A stretch of DNA of 64,000 nt from contig JBPOJJ010000002.1 of assembly GCA_052033715.1 (NCBI GenBank), positions 94,408-158,407 of the forward strand. Direction: 5' to 3'. Source of the DNA: Patescibacteria group bacterium. Its GTDB lineage: Bacteria > Patescibacteriota > Minisyncoccia > Phycocordibacterales > CSBR16-119. Below are positions 10,501 through 19,000 of the stretch, in pieces. The translations under genes were made by a program, and so were the position numbers. Under the pieces are notes generated by a model. The model did not search any database and was not told where the DNA came from. It saw only the letters and a list, made by a program, of their open reading frames with translations. Numbering within the stretch: the first letter of the stretch is position 1; each line of letters begins with the position of its first letter.

Positions 10501-11858
10501 GAGTTTGTGTAGGTGAGGGCCGTTTGGAGAGTTGAGTTAAGTTGGGAGAAGGATCCGGTGGCTGAAGTTCCTCGGAAAATTTTATATCCGATTGTCTGCC
10601 CCGCCGCCCCCGTCGAAGCAGCCCAGCTAACGGTGATTGAATTTTGGGTTGAGGTTGTGGCGAGACCAGACGGAGTTGAAGGCGCGGCAACAGTTGCGGT
10701 TGAAGTCGTCCCAGAAACTTGAGAGGTGAGCGATGAAACGTTGCTTGCATCATCACGCGCGCGGAGTCTGTATTTGTAAGTTGTGCCGGGATTTAGGTTT
10801 TGGTGAGTAAAAGTGTGAGTTCCAGCAAGGACAGTTCCGACAGGTGTGGTTGTATTAACAGAAGTTGATCCTCCCGCGTTGGCATAAATTACATAATCAA
10901 AGACGTTAGCAGAAGACGAAGGAGACCAATTCAACGTAAGTGAGCTTGTTGTCGGAGAAACGACAGTAACACTTGTTGGCGCGGCAACGGCGAGCGTTGT
11001 TCCAGCAACCCTGGCGGAAAGCGCCGATTTATTGCCCGCAGCATCCACGGCCTTGATATTGTAGCGATAGGTTCTACTAGAAAGGAGCCCTGAATTTGTA
11101 TAAGTAGTTGCTGGGGCATTTACAATGGCAAATGGCGTCGTGGTATTAACACTGGTCGCACCACCATTATTTCGATAAATCTCGTACTTTACGACTCCTA
11201 CATTGTCGGTCGAAGCTGTCCATGAAACACGCAAAGAACTTGATGTGGCCAAACTAATATTTACACCAGTCGGGACCGAGGGCGCAACGATATCGGCAGC
11301 TGGGTATGTACAAGAGCCATTGTCGACGGTCGCATTCGGATTGTAGTTTGTGGCCGCAGGATCAGTACAGCCAGGAATAGGTGCTGGGGCAGACACAAAA
11401 TTCATCCCAACGGCCTGAGTTATAGAATTATAGTCTGTGTTTGTCGTCAGGTCACGGAAAAATACAACGCACTGGAGTTTAAAATTAGAACCAGGAGTTA
11501 TGCTTGGAAGAGTAACCGTTTTACTATGATTCCCGGCTGTGAGATATTCATTACTTGTAGCTCCGTATTGGTATATTTCAAAAGTACCCACCTGAGCACC
11601 ATTATTCTGAAACCAAGACCATTGCATTCTTCTTACGACAATGTTAGGGCCCGTGGTGCCGACCGTACAAGTCATGTTCCTGGTTTCTCCAGGATAAAGA
11701 GTTGTATTCTGAGCAGGGTCAGTTAGGCTTATTGACCCAACAGCGTTACTAACGCTGGCAACTTGGGCTTTTTGGTTGTCTCCACCAGAGAGCAGAGATC
11801 CGAGCGACACAACGAACGCAAGCGCGATGACTAGAAAGAAAGCCTTTTGTAATTTCAT
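4593..11858 (-). CDS. Giant (2421 aa) secreted surface protein: signal peptide, multiple FN3/Ig-like repeats, central unknown ~450 aa domain, C-terminal right-handed parallel beta-helix region
   Basis: N-terminal signal peptide (MKLQKAFFLVIALAFVVSLGSLLSG). Many repeats of the SW.AS.D..GV..Y.IYR FN3 signature. NxIxN/beta-helix-like repeats near the C-terminus (NNIIYDFNRSGIAF...). Two diverged copies of a ~95 aa module (..TTNEAATCKW.TTD.AY.SM.NT..G.GSTSHN..L.GL..GTSYTRYVRCQDT.GN.M..SVS..FSV). Confidence 0.85.
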   Translation of the reverse strand: MKLQKAFFLVIALAFVVSLGSLLSGGDNQKAQVASVSNAVGSISLTDPAQNTTLYPGETRNMTCTVGTTGPNIVVRRMQWSWFQNNGAQVGTFEIYQYGATSNEYLTAGNHSKTVTLPSITPGSNFKLQCVVFFRDLTTNTDYNSITQAVGMNFVSAPAPIPGCTDPAATNYNPNATVDNGSCTYPAADIVAPSVPTGVNISLATSSSLRVSWTASTDNVGVVKYEIYRNNGGATSVNTTTPFAIVNAPATTYTNSGLLSSRTYRYNIKAVDAAGNKSALSARVAGTTLAVAAPTSVTVVSPTTSSLTLNWSPSSSANVFDYVIYANAGGSTSVNTTTPVGTVLAGTHTFTHQNLNPGTTYKYRLRARDDASNVSSLTSQVSGTTSTATVAAPSTPSGLATTSTQNSITVSWAASTGAAGQTIGYKIFRGTSATGSFSQLNSTLQTALTYTNSSLSPNVTYYYKVQACYIAITTNCSAQSSAVSGTTAAPSDATAPTATITAPTAGQVLPAGTTSTTLSVTTNEAATCKWNTTDVAYSSMINTLAGAGSTSHNASLTGLVNGTSYTRYVRCQDTVGNTMTTSVSREFSVAAPVDTTAPAVPTLSVGAVTSTTVALSWNAVTDASSPVTYRIYRNGTYIGSPISGTSMTDLDLVAGTLYSYTISACDSAPTQNCSAQSSAVTATTTAIPTIVSSLQVVQINGTVVSTLASGQQLNVGSQANATYAPLSGAFSIKANPGTPAPASIKFDLTGPSGFTAYTQCESSSPFALYGDASGTYTSWPTSTQILGAYTLTVTPYAAATCTGAAGTPVVNQFILSNFDDLTPPTNPTSAASTYRSAGEIRLSWAASTDAGGVNHYNVTRNPGTTVNVGNQTTFVDTSVTSTGTYSYTITAVDNVGNTSGVSNAVSAPTLSTSFANGNQVETNTTASIKVTPDASGNAGNQVAGTVGVITNSSAGPINPVWISGGINYWYVDFATGTDGWVNENNIDSYVPPPTDTIPPTANITAPTNNQVLSAGTTTFTMTATTNEAATCKWATTDTAYASMTNTFTGSGSTSHNYPLLGLTDGTSYTRYVRCQDTAGNPMTSSVSVTFSVASAPPSSAPIVSTPQRSFNPNQIAVVCNSQYSQSCQLADYYIQQRGIPAQNKVTLSFNAPMDNNGRIMLRSTFETGFGGTNMRAHVLNQITSAYTSAGLGSPDIQGAMLVWRYPFMVGNATTNCNTGSGTEPCVSLVVAFAKGQYVDGDALLSSGSMPTNAYFENSSGFLTPRQTHNLIPAFLLPFASGNYNEGKQFVDQGVQADNTHPTSKIYSISTFDTNRAPIRHSNILTLAGLFNQNNLATEHTTVSNYAAGGSPGNCTSTQSYIGGSQYEPSFLKNKTDVLGYHTALACPPYISTLNFLKGALVDYATSNSGFLSQDGVSGGTGAQLSITEMLKAGATASSGTQKEPWDSSSGVARKSSKTTQLWREYYTGASALQSYWSSVEKNGNTNFVGEPLANPWKDPQITFSNNILAINITHIKPGETWKLQSSTNGTSWTDVSGQTSITAPNGKLGIKTITLSNATAPYYRLVNTNNSSLPQIQRAVNGSGGGTPLIDNENPVWTAGTPNLATASPTTTSLTVSWNTATDATTPITYKLQRRTLPSGTFAEVYSGGATSFSNTGLVAGTSYEYQVRACDGVTAPNCTSWSSATTGTTSSDPTPPPPTGGQTMNGINGAVGPSLTTNPTSCTNPSGGTIFYVDAVSGNDSNNGTSVSTPWKTISKVNSSMSSINAGTMICFKREQSHRGRLAITKSGTASSKIIVDAYGAGSAPVISGNVLVTNWTQHSGNIWKATVSSAPASTPKYLFINSAYQTQARQPNTGWYFTNSRGANLITDSDNSWLSAQGSNSLTNGEVVTRGSPWSISIGKITGNSGSRIDLQRYDHTTPGTAMKYGSQWTNLAWGYILRNKLSLLDTAGEWYFDSATNTVYLWAPGNANPNTLTVEMTSESDGVYIASAGHIIVRNLIVEGQTGYAVWLRSQSGTNLKGITVENLEIRNAYHGVYHSGIDGVAESDKNTLRNNYLHDLNVTGISVQGGNGHLIEGNVIERVSTVEDRMYSSEMTHSGIIHIGGGSNIVSRRNIVRDTGYAGIWAAGSGTITENLVERAMKTLTDGAGITFDNTNGLTISKNIVKDIGVGSGQNAGTGGSPNMASQPILYVGYVARDKAYYFGDGTVGPIINLDLDSNIAINATDGIWVDHNTLFRDNKIRNNIIYDFNRSGIAFADWSNYRTVSGGCPTPDSNSPCFWPQYNDVVTGNKIYGIASYQNPLYFLHSYSNGTGAVADFGTINSNYYSNPYRTTKVQQMKNFSGQTNNWTLGQWKTSSNEDVNSTDGTYTATQAPQIFYNATISPTSQVITNACRVNGQSTSGTQTYTIQPFTAIVVEYGNC

Positions 11859-11958
11859 ACAATAATGGTGATTATAAAATTTTAATGAACTAATTATAAA
11901 ACAAAGCCCAACAATAAGATATTGTCAAATCAATAAAGTGTTTAAAACTTATGTGTTA

Positions 11959-13722
11959 TTAAATCTTATTTAGTTTAGAAAACTTTTCGAAAATGTCTTC
12001 GAGCGAAACGTCGGAGAACTCTTCGCCTCCCTCGTCCGCGACTCGGCCTTCCAATTTAAATTTATTTGATTCGATTTCTTTGTCGCCGATAACCATAATG
12101 AATGGAACTTTTTGATTTTTTGCTTCACGGACACTTTTGCCAAGTCCGGCGGTCATAAGTTCGGCGCGAACGCCATTTTCAGTCATTTTTTCGTAAATTC
12201 CCTTCGCAAATTCCCCGTGGGTGTCTTCTTTGATTGGAACGATAGCAATTTGAACGGGCGCGAGCCAGAATGGAAAATTACCAGCAAAGTGTTCAATCAT
12301 AATGGCCAGGAAGCGCTCAAGAGAGCCGGCGATCGCGCGATGAATCATGACAGGAGTCTGTTTGGTGCCGTCTTTGGCTGTATATTCGAGTCCAAACCGT
12401 TCTGGCTGGACAAAATCTATCTGGGCGGTTGCAAGCTGGCGCTCACGGCCAAGCGCATCTTTGAACTGAAAGTCTAATTTTGGGCCATAAAATGCCGCTT
12501 CGCCGGGCATGCGCTTGGCATCAAGACCGAACTCGTCGGAAATTTCCTGCAGAAAATTCTCAGCCTTGGCCCAATTCTCATCAGTTCCGAGGTATTTCTC
12601 TGGAGTCTTTGGGTCGCGGACGGACAAGGATACCCAGAAAGTTTCGCCTTTTTTGTACATACCAAGCGCGCTGTAAAATTCCTCGATGGTTTTGACAATA
12701 TTTCTAACTTCGTCCTTGATCTGATCTGGCGTACAGAAAATATGCGCATCATCGACGGAGATCGAACGCACGCGGGAAAGCCCGAGCAATTGTCCCGGCT
12801 TCTCGTCGCGATACATCATCGTCAGTTCATTGAGGCGGATCGGCAAATCACGATAGCTGTGAGGCACGGCGGCGTAAATCTGAGTGTGGTGTGGACAATT
12901 CATCGGTTTGAAGACAAATTCATCTCCGCTTTGCGCGCCACGAACATAGAAAAATTCATCTTTGAATTTGGCGGCGTGGCCCGAAGTCTCGTAGAGGGCA
13001 AGTTTGGCGATATGCGGAATGGTAACTTTCTCGTATCCGTATTTTCGAGATATATTCCAAAGGCGATCAGTCAAAGCTTCACGCAATTTGTGTCCACGCG
13101 GAGTCCACAGAGGCAATCCCGCGCCGACGAGCTCGGAAAAAGTGAAGAGATTCAGCTCTTTACCAATTTTCCGGTGATCCCGTTCTTTGGCTTCTTCCAC
13201 GAGTTTCAAATGGGAATCGAGTTCAGACTTGTTTTCAAATGCCAGGCCGTAGACTCGGGTCAACATCTTGTTATTCTCGTCTCCGCGCCAATAAGCACCG
13301 GCGAGTTTGTCGAGTTTGAAGGATTCAGTGTCAATTTCTTGGGCTGGATTGTCTAAGTGCCCCCCTCGACACAGATCGGTAAAGCCTCCACAGGTATATA
13401 GAGTGATTTTCTCCCCTTTTTCGGCAATTTCCTCAATGAGCTCAAGTTTGTAAGGATTCCCAGCGAAAACACTCTTGGCTTCATCTACCGAAACCTCTCG
13501 ATGAGTGAATTCTGTCCAGCTCGGGAGGAGCTTTCGCATGACTTTCTCGATCTTCGGCAGATCGGCATCGGTCAAAGGCTTGGAAAATTCCATATCATAG
13601 TAAAAGCCGGTATCAATGGCAGGGCCTAAGGTTAATTTCGTATCTGGGTATTGCTCAAGAACGGCCGCCGCCAAAAGGTGGGCCAAAGTATGTCTTTTTT
13701 TCGAAATATCGTTTGTTTCCAT
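11959..13722 (-). CDS. thrS: Threonyl-tRNA synthetase lacking the N-terminal TGS domain
   Basis: Class II aaRS core plus editing-domain motifs (HRKIGKELNLF, FKPMNCPHH, anticodon-binding C-terminus). 587 aa, starting directly in the N2 editing domain. Confidence 0.9.
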   Translation of the reverse strand: METNDISKKRHTLAHLLAAAVLEQYPDTKLTLGPAIDTGFYYDMEFSKPLTDADLPKIEKVMRKLLPSWTEFTHREVSVDEAKSVFAGNPYKLELIEEIAEKGEKITLYTCGGFTDLCRGGHLDNPAQEIDTESFKLDKLAGAYWRGDENNKMLTRVYGLAFENKSELDSHLKLVEEAKERDHRKIGKELNLFTFSELVGAGLPLWTPRGHKLREALTDRLWNISRKYGYEKVTIPHIAKLALYETSGHAAKFKDEFFYVRGAQSGDEFVFKPMNCPHHTQIYAAVPHSYRDLPIRLNELTMMYRDEKPGQLLGLSRVRSISVDDAHIFCTPDQIKDEVRNIVKTIEEFYSALGMYKKGETFWVSLSVRDPKTPEKYLGTDENWAKAENFLQEISDEFGLDAKRMPGEAAFYGPKLDFQFKDALGRERQLATAQIDFVQPERFGLEYTAKDGTKQTPVMIHRAIAGSLERFLAIMIEHFAGNFPFWLAPVQIAIVPIKEDTHGEFAKGIYEKMTENGVRAELMTAGLGKSVREAKNQKVPFIMVIGDKEIESNKFKLEGRVADEGGEEFSDVSLEDIFEKFSKLNKI

Positions 13723-13794
13723 AGGGTTCTATCGTAGCACAAAGGTGGATTTCCAAAAAGATTACAGTTCCTGGTTCAATCTTTGCAACAACGA

Positions 13795-14487
13795 CTACTT
13801 AGTCTTGGAAACTTCCTCGGGCACAGCCAGTGGCTCAATTATCTTTTCCAGTGCAGCGGTGCTTTTTTTGAACAAATTAAAAATGATAGCGATGGTCAAA
13901 ACCGAAAGTGCAAAATTGGTATTGATATAAGCAAGCGGTATGGCGACAAGAGAAAAAATTATCGGAATATTTATACGCATGTGAGCATGGCGACGCTCGG
14001 ATTCTTTCATTTTTCTATTTTTCAATTCTTTGGAACGATGAGCATATTCTCGCATACCAAAAAGTAAAAGGCCGATGACAAAAATATTCACCGCAAAAAC
14101 AACCACTGTGACCGGCGAACGCGAGTAAAGTCCCAAAAGGTGGGACGAAAACGGCACCAAGGCAACGAAAAATAAAAATGTTGCTGAAAGGTTCAGGAAA
14201 TTATGATTGTGAGTTTTTACAAAATCAGTTGCAACAGCGTGGTATCCTCGCCAGTATGTAAACAGTGTGGCAAACGATAATACATATGACAAGAATAACG
14301 GCATGGCATCTTTGAGCACTCGGACAATCGCTTCGTCGGAAACGAATCCGAGATCCGGAACCTTGATCTCAAGCACCAAGAGCGTCATGACAATGGCGAA
14401 AATCCCGTCGGCTAAAACTGAAAGTCTAGATGAGTCTTGCATACGAATATTGTAATACATTTGCGAGTGACTTTCACCTCTCACCAA
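13795..14487 (-). CDS. DUF1211/TMEM175-family putative K+ channel membrane protein
   Basis: Signature RLSVLADGIFAIVMTLLVLEIKVP near the N-terminus and multiple TM helices. Confidence 0.7.
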   Translation of the reverse strand: MVRGESHSQMYYNIRMQDSSRLSVLADGIFAIVMTLLVLEIKVPDLGFVSDEAIVRVLKDAMPLFLSYVLSFATLFTYWRGYHAVATDFVKTHNHNFLNLSATFLFFVALVPFSSHLLGLYSRSPVTVVVFAVNIFVIGLLLFGMREYAHRSKELKNRKMKESERRHAHMRINIPIIFSLVAIPLAYINTNFALSVLTIAIIFNLFKKSTAALEKIIEPLAVPEEVSKTK

Positions 14488-14522
14488 ATCAAAAAACCGA
14501 CTCGTGCCGGCTTTTTGATTTC

Positions 14523-16145
14523 TTATTGCATCGAGTTTATATACGCCCTAGTTTTCTCTCCGAAAAACCCCGTTCCTTTTACGAGACCATAGGGCATCAA
14601 GATCTCGGTCTTGTAAGCTTCCTGGAATTTTACGAGCGCGGCAAAAGTGAGCGGTCCGAAGAATTCTGTTTCGGAGCCTGGCGCGCCAGAACCAGTTGCC
14701 GCAAGTTTAAATCCGGCACTGTTTAGAAACATCTGGAGTTTTTTGACTTCTAGACTTTTTTGTCCGAGGGCGAGATTCATTTCAAATTTACTAGACGAAT
14801 TTACCGTCGGGGCTTGAGTTGGGGCTGGGGCTTTGGGGGCGGTTTGTGATTCTGGTTTTTGAACTACTTGGTTAGTCTGATTGGTAATCGGGTAAGACCC
14901 AGAAGACTGCACCTGACTTGATTCACTTCCAAACAATCCAAATATTGAAAACGATGATGTCTCGCATGTAACAGTCATCGCGCCAGTATTGGTCGAACAA
15001 TTATTAAGTGCCTCCCATCCGATACCATCAGTATAGTGATAAATAGTGAGACTATTAGGATCAAGTCCTACAATGTCTTCTTCGGTATAATCGATAGTAA
15101 TCTCGACCGGCGCGTCAAATTCTTCGTCCAGCTCTGTTTTTTCATCTTCGAACGCTTTCAATGAATATGCTTGCCCAACCCAACTTTTCCCTGACGGAGT
15201 AGAAATCTCACTTTGAACTAAACTTTTCTGCAACTTCAAGGCCTCAACCCCAACCTCAGATAGACCACTCTTAAGATTGGCTGGCACAACAGCCTCAAGT
15301 CCCTTACCCCTAACCTTTGCTGAAATTGTTGTCCCAGCAAGGGCAGTTGATACCGAAGCTTGGTATGTAACGATTTCTGAATCGCCCTTGCATCCAGTAG
15401 TTTTAAAATCTCCGCCCTGACTTTCTGCCAAGTTTGAACTGTCGTCATAAGAAATAACCTTAAACCAGTATCCTGCACAAGAAGTTAAATCTTGGATCTC
15501 TATAGAGTGGTCTGTTGTTTTTGCTGCACCAGCGGTAACCTCTCCTTTAAAATCATCTGTTGGTCCATACTCAACAACCGATGTGCCCTTAACGGTTGTA
15601 GCCCAATCAATAATTGCTGTTGTGGCTGTTGTGGTTACTATAGGTTCCCCAAATAAAGCTATCGGATCATCCGGACCACCGCCACCGGTTGGAGTTGCCG
15701 TGACAGATAAAGACCTCTCACTTTCTGATAAATCAGACAAAGTGGTGATCTCAAAAGTGTACTCAGTATTATTTGTTAGACCAGTAACAGTATATGAAGT
15801 CTCAATACTACCAGTATCAACGGAGCTCTCTCCTTCTTTGCTTGCTGAATAATAGACTCGATAACCTGTTATGACTTCAAGTTGTAATCCTGGTTCCTGC
15901 CAAGCAAGAGACACTTCCCCGTCTCCAGCGGTTGCCGTTGGTTTCGATGGAGAATCTAAACCAAGCGCAATCTCTGGATATATAACAAACCCCCAGAGAG
16001 ACGCGAGTCCGGCGACAATTATCATAACCAAAACATGCTTATGAACTGTTTTTAATGAGTTAATTTTTTGCATATAAAGTAACAAAAATTTTATTAGACC
16101 ACTAATAAACAGATCATAGCACCTTTTCGATTGCGTCAAGGCCAC
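14523..16145 (-). CDS. Secreted protein with FN3 domains and C-terminal peptidoglycan-binding (PG_binding_1-like) domain
   Basis: N-terminal TM/signal, FN3-like segments, and a C-terminal LGQKSLEVKKLQMFLNSAGF...GPLTFAALVKFQEAY motif typical of putative peptidoglycan-binding domains. True start may be an internal Met (MQKINS... or MIIVAGL...). Confidence 0.7.
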   Translation of the reverse strand: MALTQSKRCYDLFISGLIKFLLLYMQKINSLKTVHKHVLVMIIVAGLASLWGFVIYPEIALGLDSPSKPTATAGDGEVSLAWQEPGLQLEVITGYRVYYSASKEGESSVDTGSIETSYTVTGLTNNTEYTFEITTLSDLSESERSLSVTATPTGGGGPDDPIALFGEPIVTTTATTAIIDWATTVKGTSVVEYGPTDDFKGEVTAGAAKTTDHSIEIQDLTSCAGYWFKVISYDDSSNLAESQGGDFKTTGCKGDSEIVTYQASVSTALAGTTISAKVRGKGLEAVVPANLKSGLSEVGVEALKLQKSLVQSEISTPSGKSWVGQAYSLKAFEDEKTELDEEFDAPVEITIDYTEEDIVGLDPNSLTIYHYTDGIGWEALNNCSTNTGAMTVTCETSSFSIFGLFGSESSQVQSSGSYPITNQTNQVVQKPESQTAPKAPAPTQAPTVNSSSKFEMNLALGQKSLEVKKLQMFLNSAGFKLAATGSGAPGSETEFFGPLTFAALVKFQEAYKTEILMPYGLVKGTGFFGEKTRAYINSMQ

Positions 16146-16218
16146 TTGTTCACAGTTTTAAATTCCCTCTCAGTGGAGCAAGACATAAAAAAAATTAATT
16201 TTTATATTTTGCGGAACC

Positions 16219-17988
16219 TTATATGACGCCGTCTTTTTGAGCCTGCCAGAGTTTGAAGTAATATCCGCCCTTGACCAAAAGCTCTTCGTGTCCACCATCT
16301 TCGACGATTTTACCTTTATCAAGCACTACGATACGATCCATTTTCTGCACGGTTGAAAGTCTGTGAGCAATGACTAGCGTCGTACGGTCCTTCATCACCT
16401 CATCAAAAGCTTTTTGGATCAAGTTTTCGCTGATTGAATCAAGACTTGATGTCGCTTCATCGAGAATGAGTATCGGCGCATCTTTGAGCATGACGCGAGC
16501 AATAGCTATGCGCTGGCGCTGTCCACCCGAGAGCTTCACCCCACGCTCGCCAACAAGAGTTTCATAACCTTCTTTGAATTCTTTGATAAATTCATCAGCA
16601 TGGGCTTTCTTCGAAGCTTCTAAAACTAAGAGTTTCGACGCATTCGGGTTTCCATACATAATATTTTCGCGCAAAGTCCTATGAAAGAGTGCCGGCTCTT
16701 GTGGAACATACGAAATATTTCGGCGTAAATCATCCTGGGTGATATTTCGAATATCCTGCCCGTCGATTTTAATCGCACCAGCTTGTACGTCCTCGAACCG
16801 CAAAAGTAGATTCGTAATCGTCGTCTTCCCCGAGCCAGAATGTCCTACAAATCCGACTTTCTGCCCAGCTGGAATCTCAAGGCGGAATTTCTTGAAGACA
16901 TCTTTGCCGTCTTTGTATTCGAATGTGACGTTGTCGAACAAAATATTTCCGTCTTTGATTTTAGACTTCTCTGGCTTCTCAGGATCTTTTATATCAATTG
17001 GTGTTTCAAAAATTTCTACCATTTCTTTGGTATCGGAAATTGAATCTTGTAACCCGATGATTGCGTTGCCCATATTCCAGATTGCCATATCAAGTTGAGT
17101 AATATACACCTGAACCAACACCACAAATCCAATATCGACAACGCCTTTTGACCACAGGGTTATTACGGCATACATCCCGCCAATCTCAAGAGAGAAAAGC
17201 ATGATTGACTGGATCACTTTGTGGAAGTTCGAAACATTTCCGGCTTTCCTGCGAAGCTTTTCTTCTTCGTCAGTTTTTGCAAAATAATTTTTTGCTTCAC
17301 CTTTTGTGAAGGAAAAAACTTTGGCAGTTAAAATATTTGTAACGATGTCTGATAAAAGGCCTGTCGTCCTAGAATTCGCCGCAGCTCGTCTTTCATTGTA
17401 TGGAATCTTGCGTCGAGCAAAAAAAATAGACAGGGTAGTGTACCCGAGAGACCAAAAAAGAAATATGAAACCCAGGAGACTATTCTTGCTAAACAATACA
17501 ATCAAAATTCCCGTAATTGAGACGATTGTTAACCAAAAACTAAAAAGTGTGATTTCGGCGAGCGCCGTAAGGGCTCCGGTAAATCTGGAATGTTTAGCCA
17601 CAATCGATCCTGAAAAATTATCAGCAAAGAATTTCCTGGAATGATTGATTGTAAGATTGAAAGCTCTGTCTGAGAGATCTTTTGTAATTTTTGTCTTGGT
17701 GTAAACAAAAGCATAATCAGATATTCGCCAAGCTAAAGAGTTGCCCAGGAGCGCTAGGATCAAAATCAAAAACCAGTGCCAAATTTCTGGAGTGAAACCA
17801 GGGACGGAAGCCGAGTAAATTGCATTGATGATGTTTTTATAAACTACTGGCTGAAAAACAGCGCCGAGAAAAATCGCTGTTGTACTAGCGAAAAATACTA
17901 CGAGGACCTGCCACTTTAATTTAAGTAGCGACGGCCAAAAGTATTTTAGGACCGTCGAAAATTTTACTTTGCTTTTGTGTTTTTCCAT
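16219..17988 (-). CDS. ABC transporter, fused permease/ATP-binding protein (MsbA-like exporter)
   Basis: Six-TM N-terminal domain, Walker A GHSGSGKTT, signature LSGGQRQRIAIARV, Walker B ILILDEATSSLD. Confidence 0.9.
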   Translation of the reverse strand: MEKHKSKVKFSTVLKYFWPSLLKLKWQVLVVFFASTTAIFLGAVFQPVVYKNIINAIYSASVPGFTPEIWHWFLILILALLGNSLAWRISDYAFVYTKTKITKDLSDRAFNLTINHSRKFFADNFSGSIVAKHSRFTGALTALAEITLFSFWLTIVSITGILIVLFSKNSLLGFIFLFWSLGYTTLSIFFARRKIPYNERRAAANSRTTGLLSDIVTNILTAKVFSFTKGEAKNYFAKTDEEEKLRRKAGNVSNFHKVIQSIMLFSLEIGGMYAVITLWSKGVVDIGFVVLVQVYITQLDMAIWNMGNAIIGLQDSISDTKEMVEIFETPIDIKDPEKPEKSKIKDGNILFDNVTFEYKDGKDVFKKFRLEIPAGQKVGFVGHSGSGKTTITNLLLRFEDVQAGAIKIDGQDIRNITQDDLRRNISYVPQEPALFHRTLRENIMYGNPNASKLLVLEASKKAHADEFIKEFKEGYETLVGERGVKLSGGQRQRIAIARVMLKDAPILILDEATSSLDSISENLIQKAFDEVMKDRTTLVIAHRLSTVQKMDRIVVLDKGKIVEDGGHEELLVKGGYYFKLWQAQKDGVI

Positions 17989-18125
17989 GGGACTTAGATT
18001 ATACCTGACGATCGAGCGTGGCCAACATTTCCCGAAGCAAAGATTATTTTACATTCCAGACAATACTTTTAAAATCCAAATGAGAACTGCCCGAGGGCGA
18101 GCAGTGCTCATCTTCGGGCAGGTTG

Positions 18126-18446
18126 TTACATATTGGCGGCTTCTTCGGCCAAAACCATCTCGCAGTACTTCGCCACGATCTGATTCTTGGCGACTGGACC
18201 CGTTGCCGCTTCGTGCGCCTTGAAAAGTTCATCTGGCGTCTCGAACTTCCCGAGCTGCAAAAGTTCGATGAGCTCCTGGTCCTTTGGACATGGAATGTTC
18301 CATGCTGCGGCGATCTGTCCGACGCTGAACGGGCCGTTTTTGGCTAATTCCGTCGCTCCATCCCAGTTAGAAATGCTCTTCGCTGGCGGCTTGGTTATGG
18401 TACTCATGATGGCGTGGTGTTTTAATGCTATATTACACAAGCCCAC
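18126..18446 (-). CDS. Hypothetical protein, GC-rich (~50%) relative to flanks
   Basis: 106 aa ORF with rho-independent terminator-like hairpin downstream (18093-18133). No recognisable family. Confidence 0.4.
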   Translation of the reverse strand: MGLCNIALKHHAIMSTITKPPAKSISNWDGATELAKNGPFSVGQIAAAWNIPCPKDQELIELLQLGKFETPDELFKAHEAATGPVAKNQIVAKYCEMVLAEEAANM

Positions 18447-18478
18447 GAAAAGAAAAGGCTCAACTTCTCGGATACTTT

Positions 18479-18946
18479 TTATTTCTTGAAACCCCTTAAA
18501 TCCACCAGCACTTCCTCGGCATGAGTTTCTGGATTTACTTTCGAATAAATTTTTCTGATTTTCCCTGTCGGATCGATGAGATACGACTTTCGTAATATGC
18601 CGATAAATTTTTTGCCGTACATACTTTTCTCACCGAGCGCTTCGTATTTGGCGAGTACTTCCCTTTCGACGTCAGCAAGAATTGGAAAAGGCAGGTCGTA
18701 TTTTTCTTCGAAGCGTTTATGACTTTTGACTGTGTCGGCACTCACCGCTAGAACTTTGCATTTCAGCTTTTTGAAATTGTGAAAATCATCGCGAATACTA
18801 CACGCTTCTTTGGTGCAGCCAGGCGTGTCGTCCTTGGGATAAAAATAAAGCAAAACCCAATTACCTGAGTATTCTTTCAAAGAGTGAATTCTACCGTCCT
18901 GGTCTGGAAGCTTGAAGTCCTTGGCCTTGGTTCCAATTTTTATCAT
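18479..18946 (-). CDS. bcp: Peroxiredoxin, Bcp-type (thiol peroxidase)
   Basis: DDTPGCTKEACSIRD peroxidatic Cys motif and thioredoxin-fold length (155 aa). Confidence 0.85.
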   Translation of the reverse strand: MIKIGTKAKDFKLPDQDGRIHSLKEYSGNWVLLYFYPKDDTPGCTKEACSIRDDFHNFKKLKCKVLAVSADTVKSHKRFEEKYDLPFPILADVEREVLAKYEALGEKSMYGKKFIGILRKSYLIDPTGKIRKIYSKVNPETHAEEVLVDLRGFKK

Positions 18947-19000
18947 AGACCCATATTACTACTCTTTTCCCAGCCAGAAAACATCTGATATACTCGGCCC

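Noticed and set aside
5337-11726. Many short ORFs on the plus strand within 4593-11858
   Set aside because: Antisense to the giant surface protein gene. Repetitive sequence generates open frames.
12112-13356. Multiple plus-strand ORFs (121, 71, 204 aa) inside thrS
   Set aside because: Antisense to a well-supported thrS gene.
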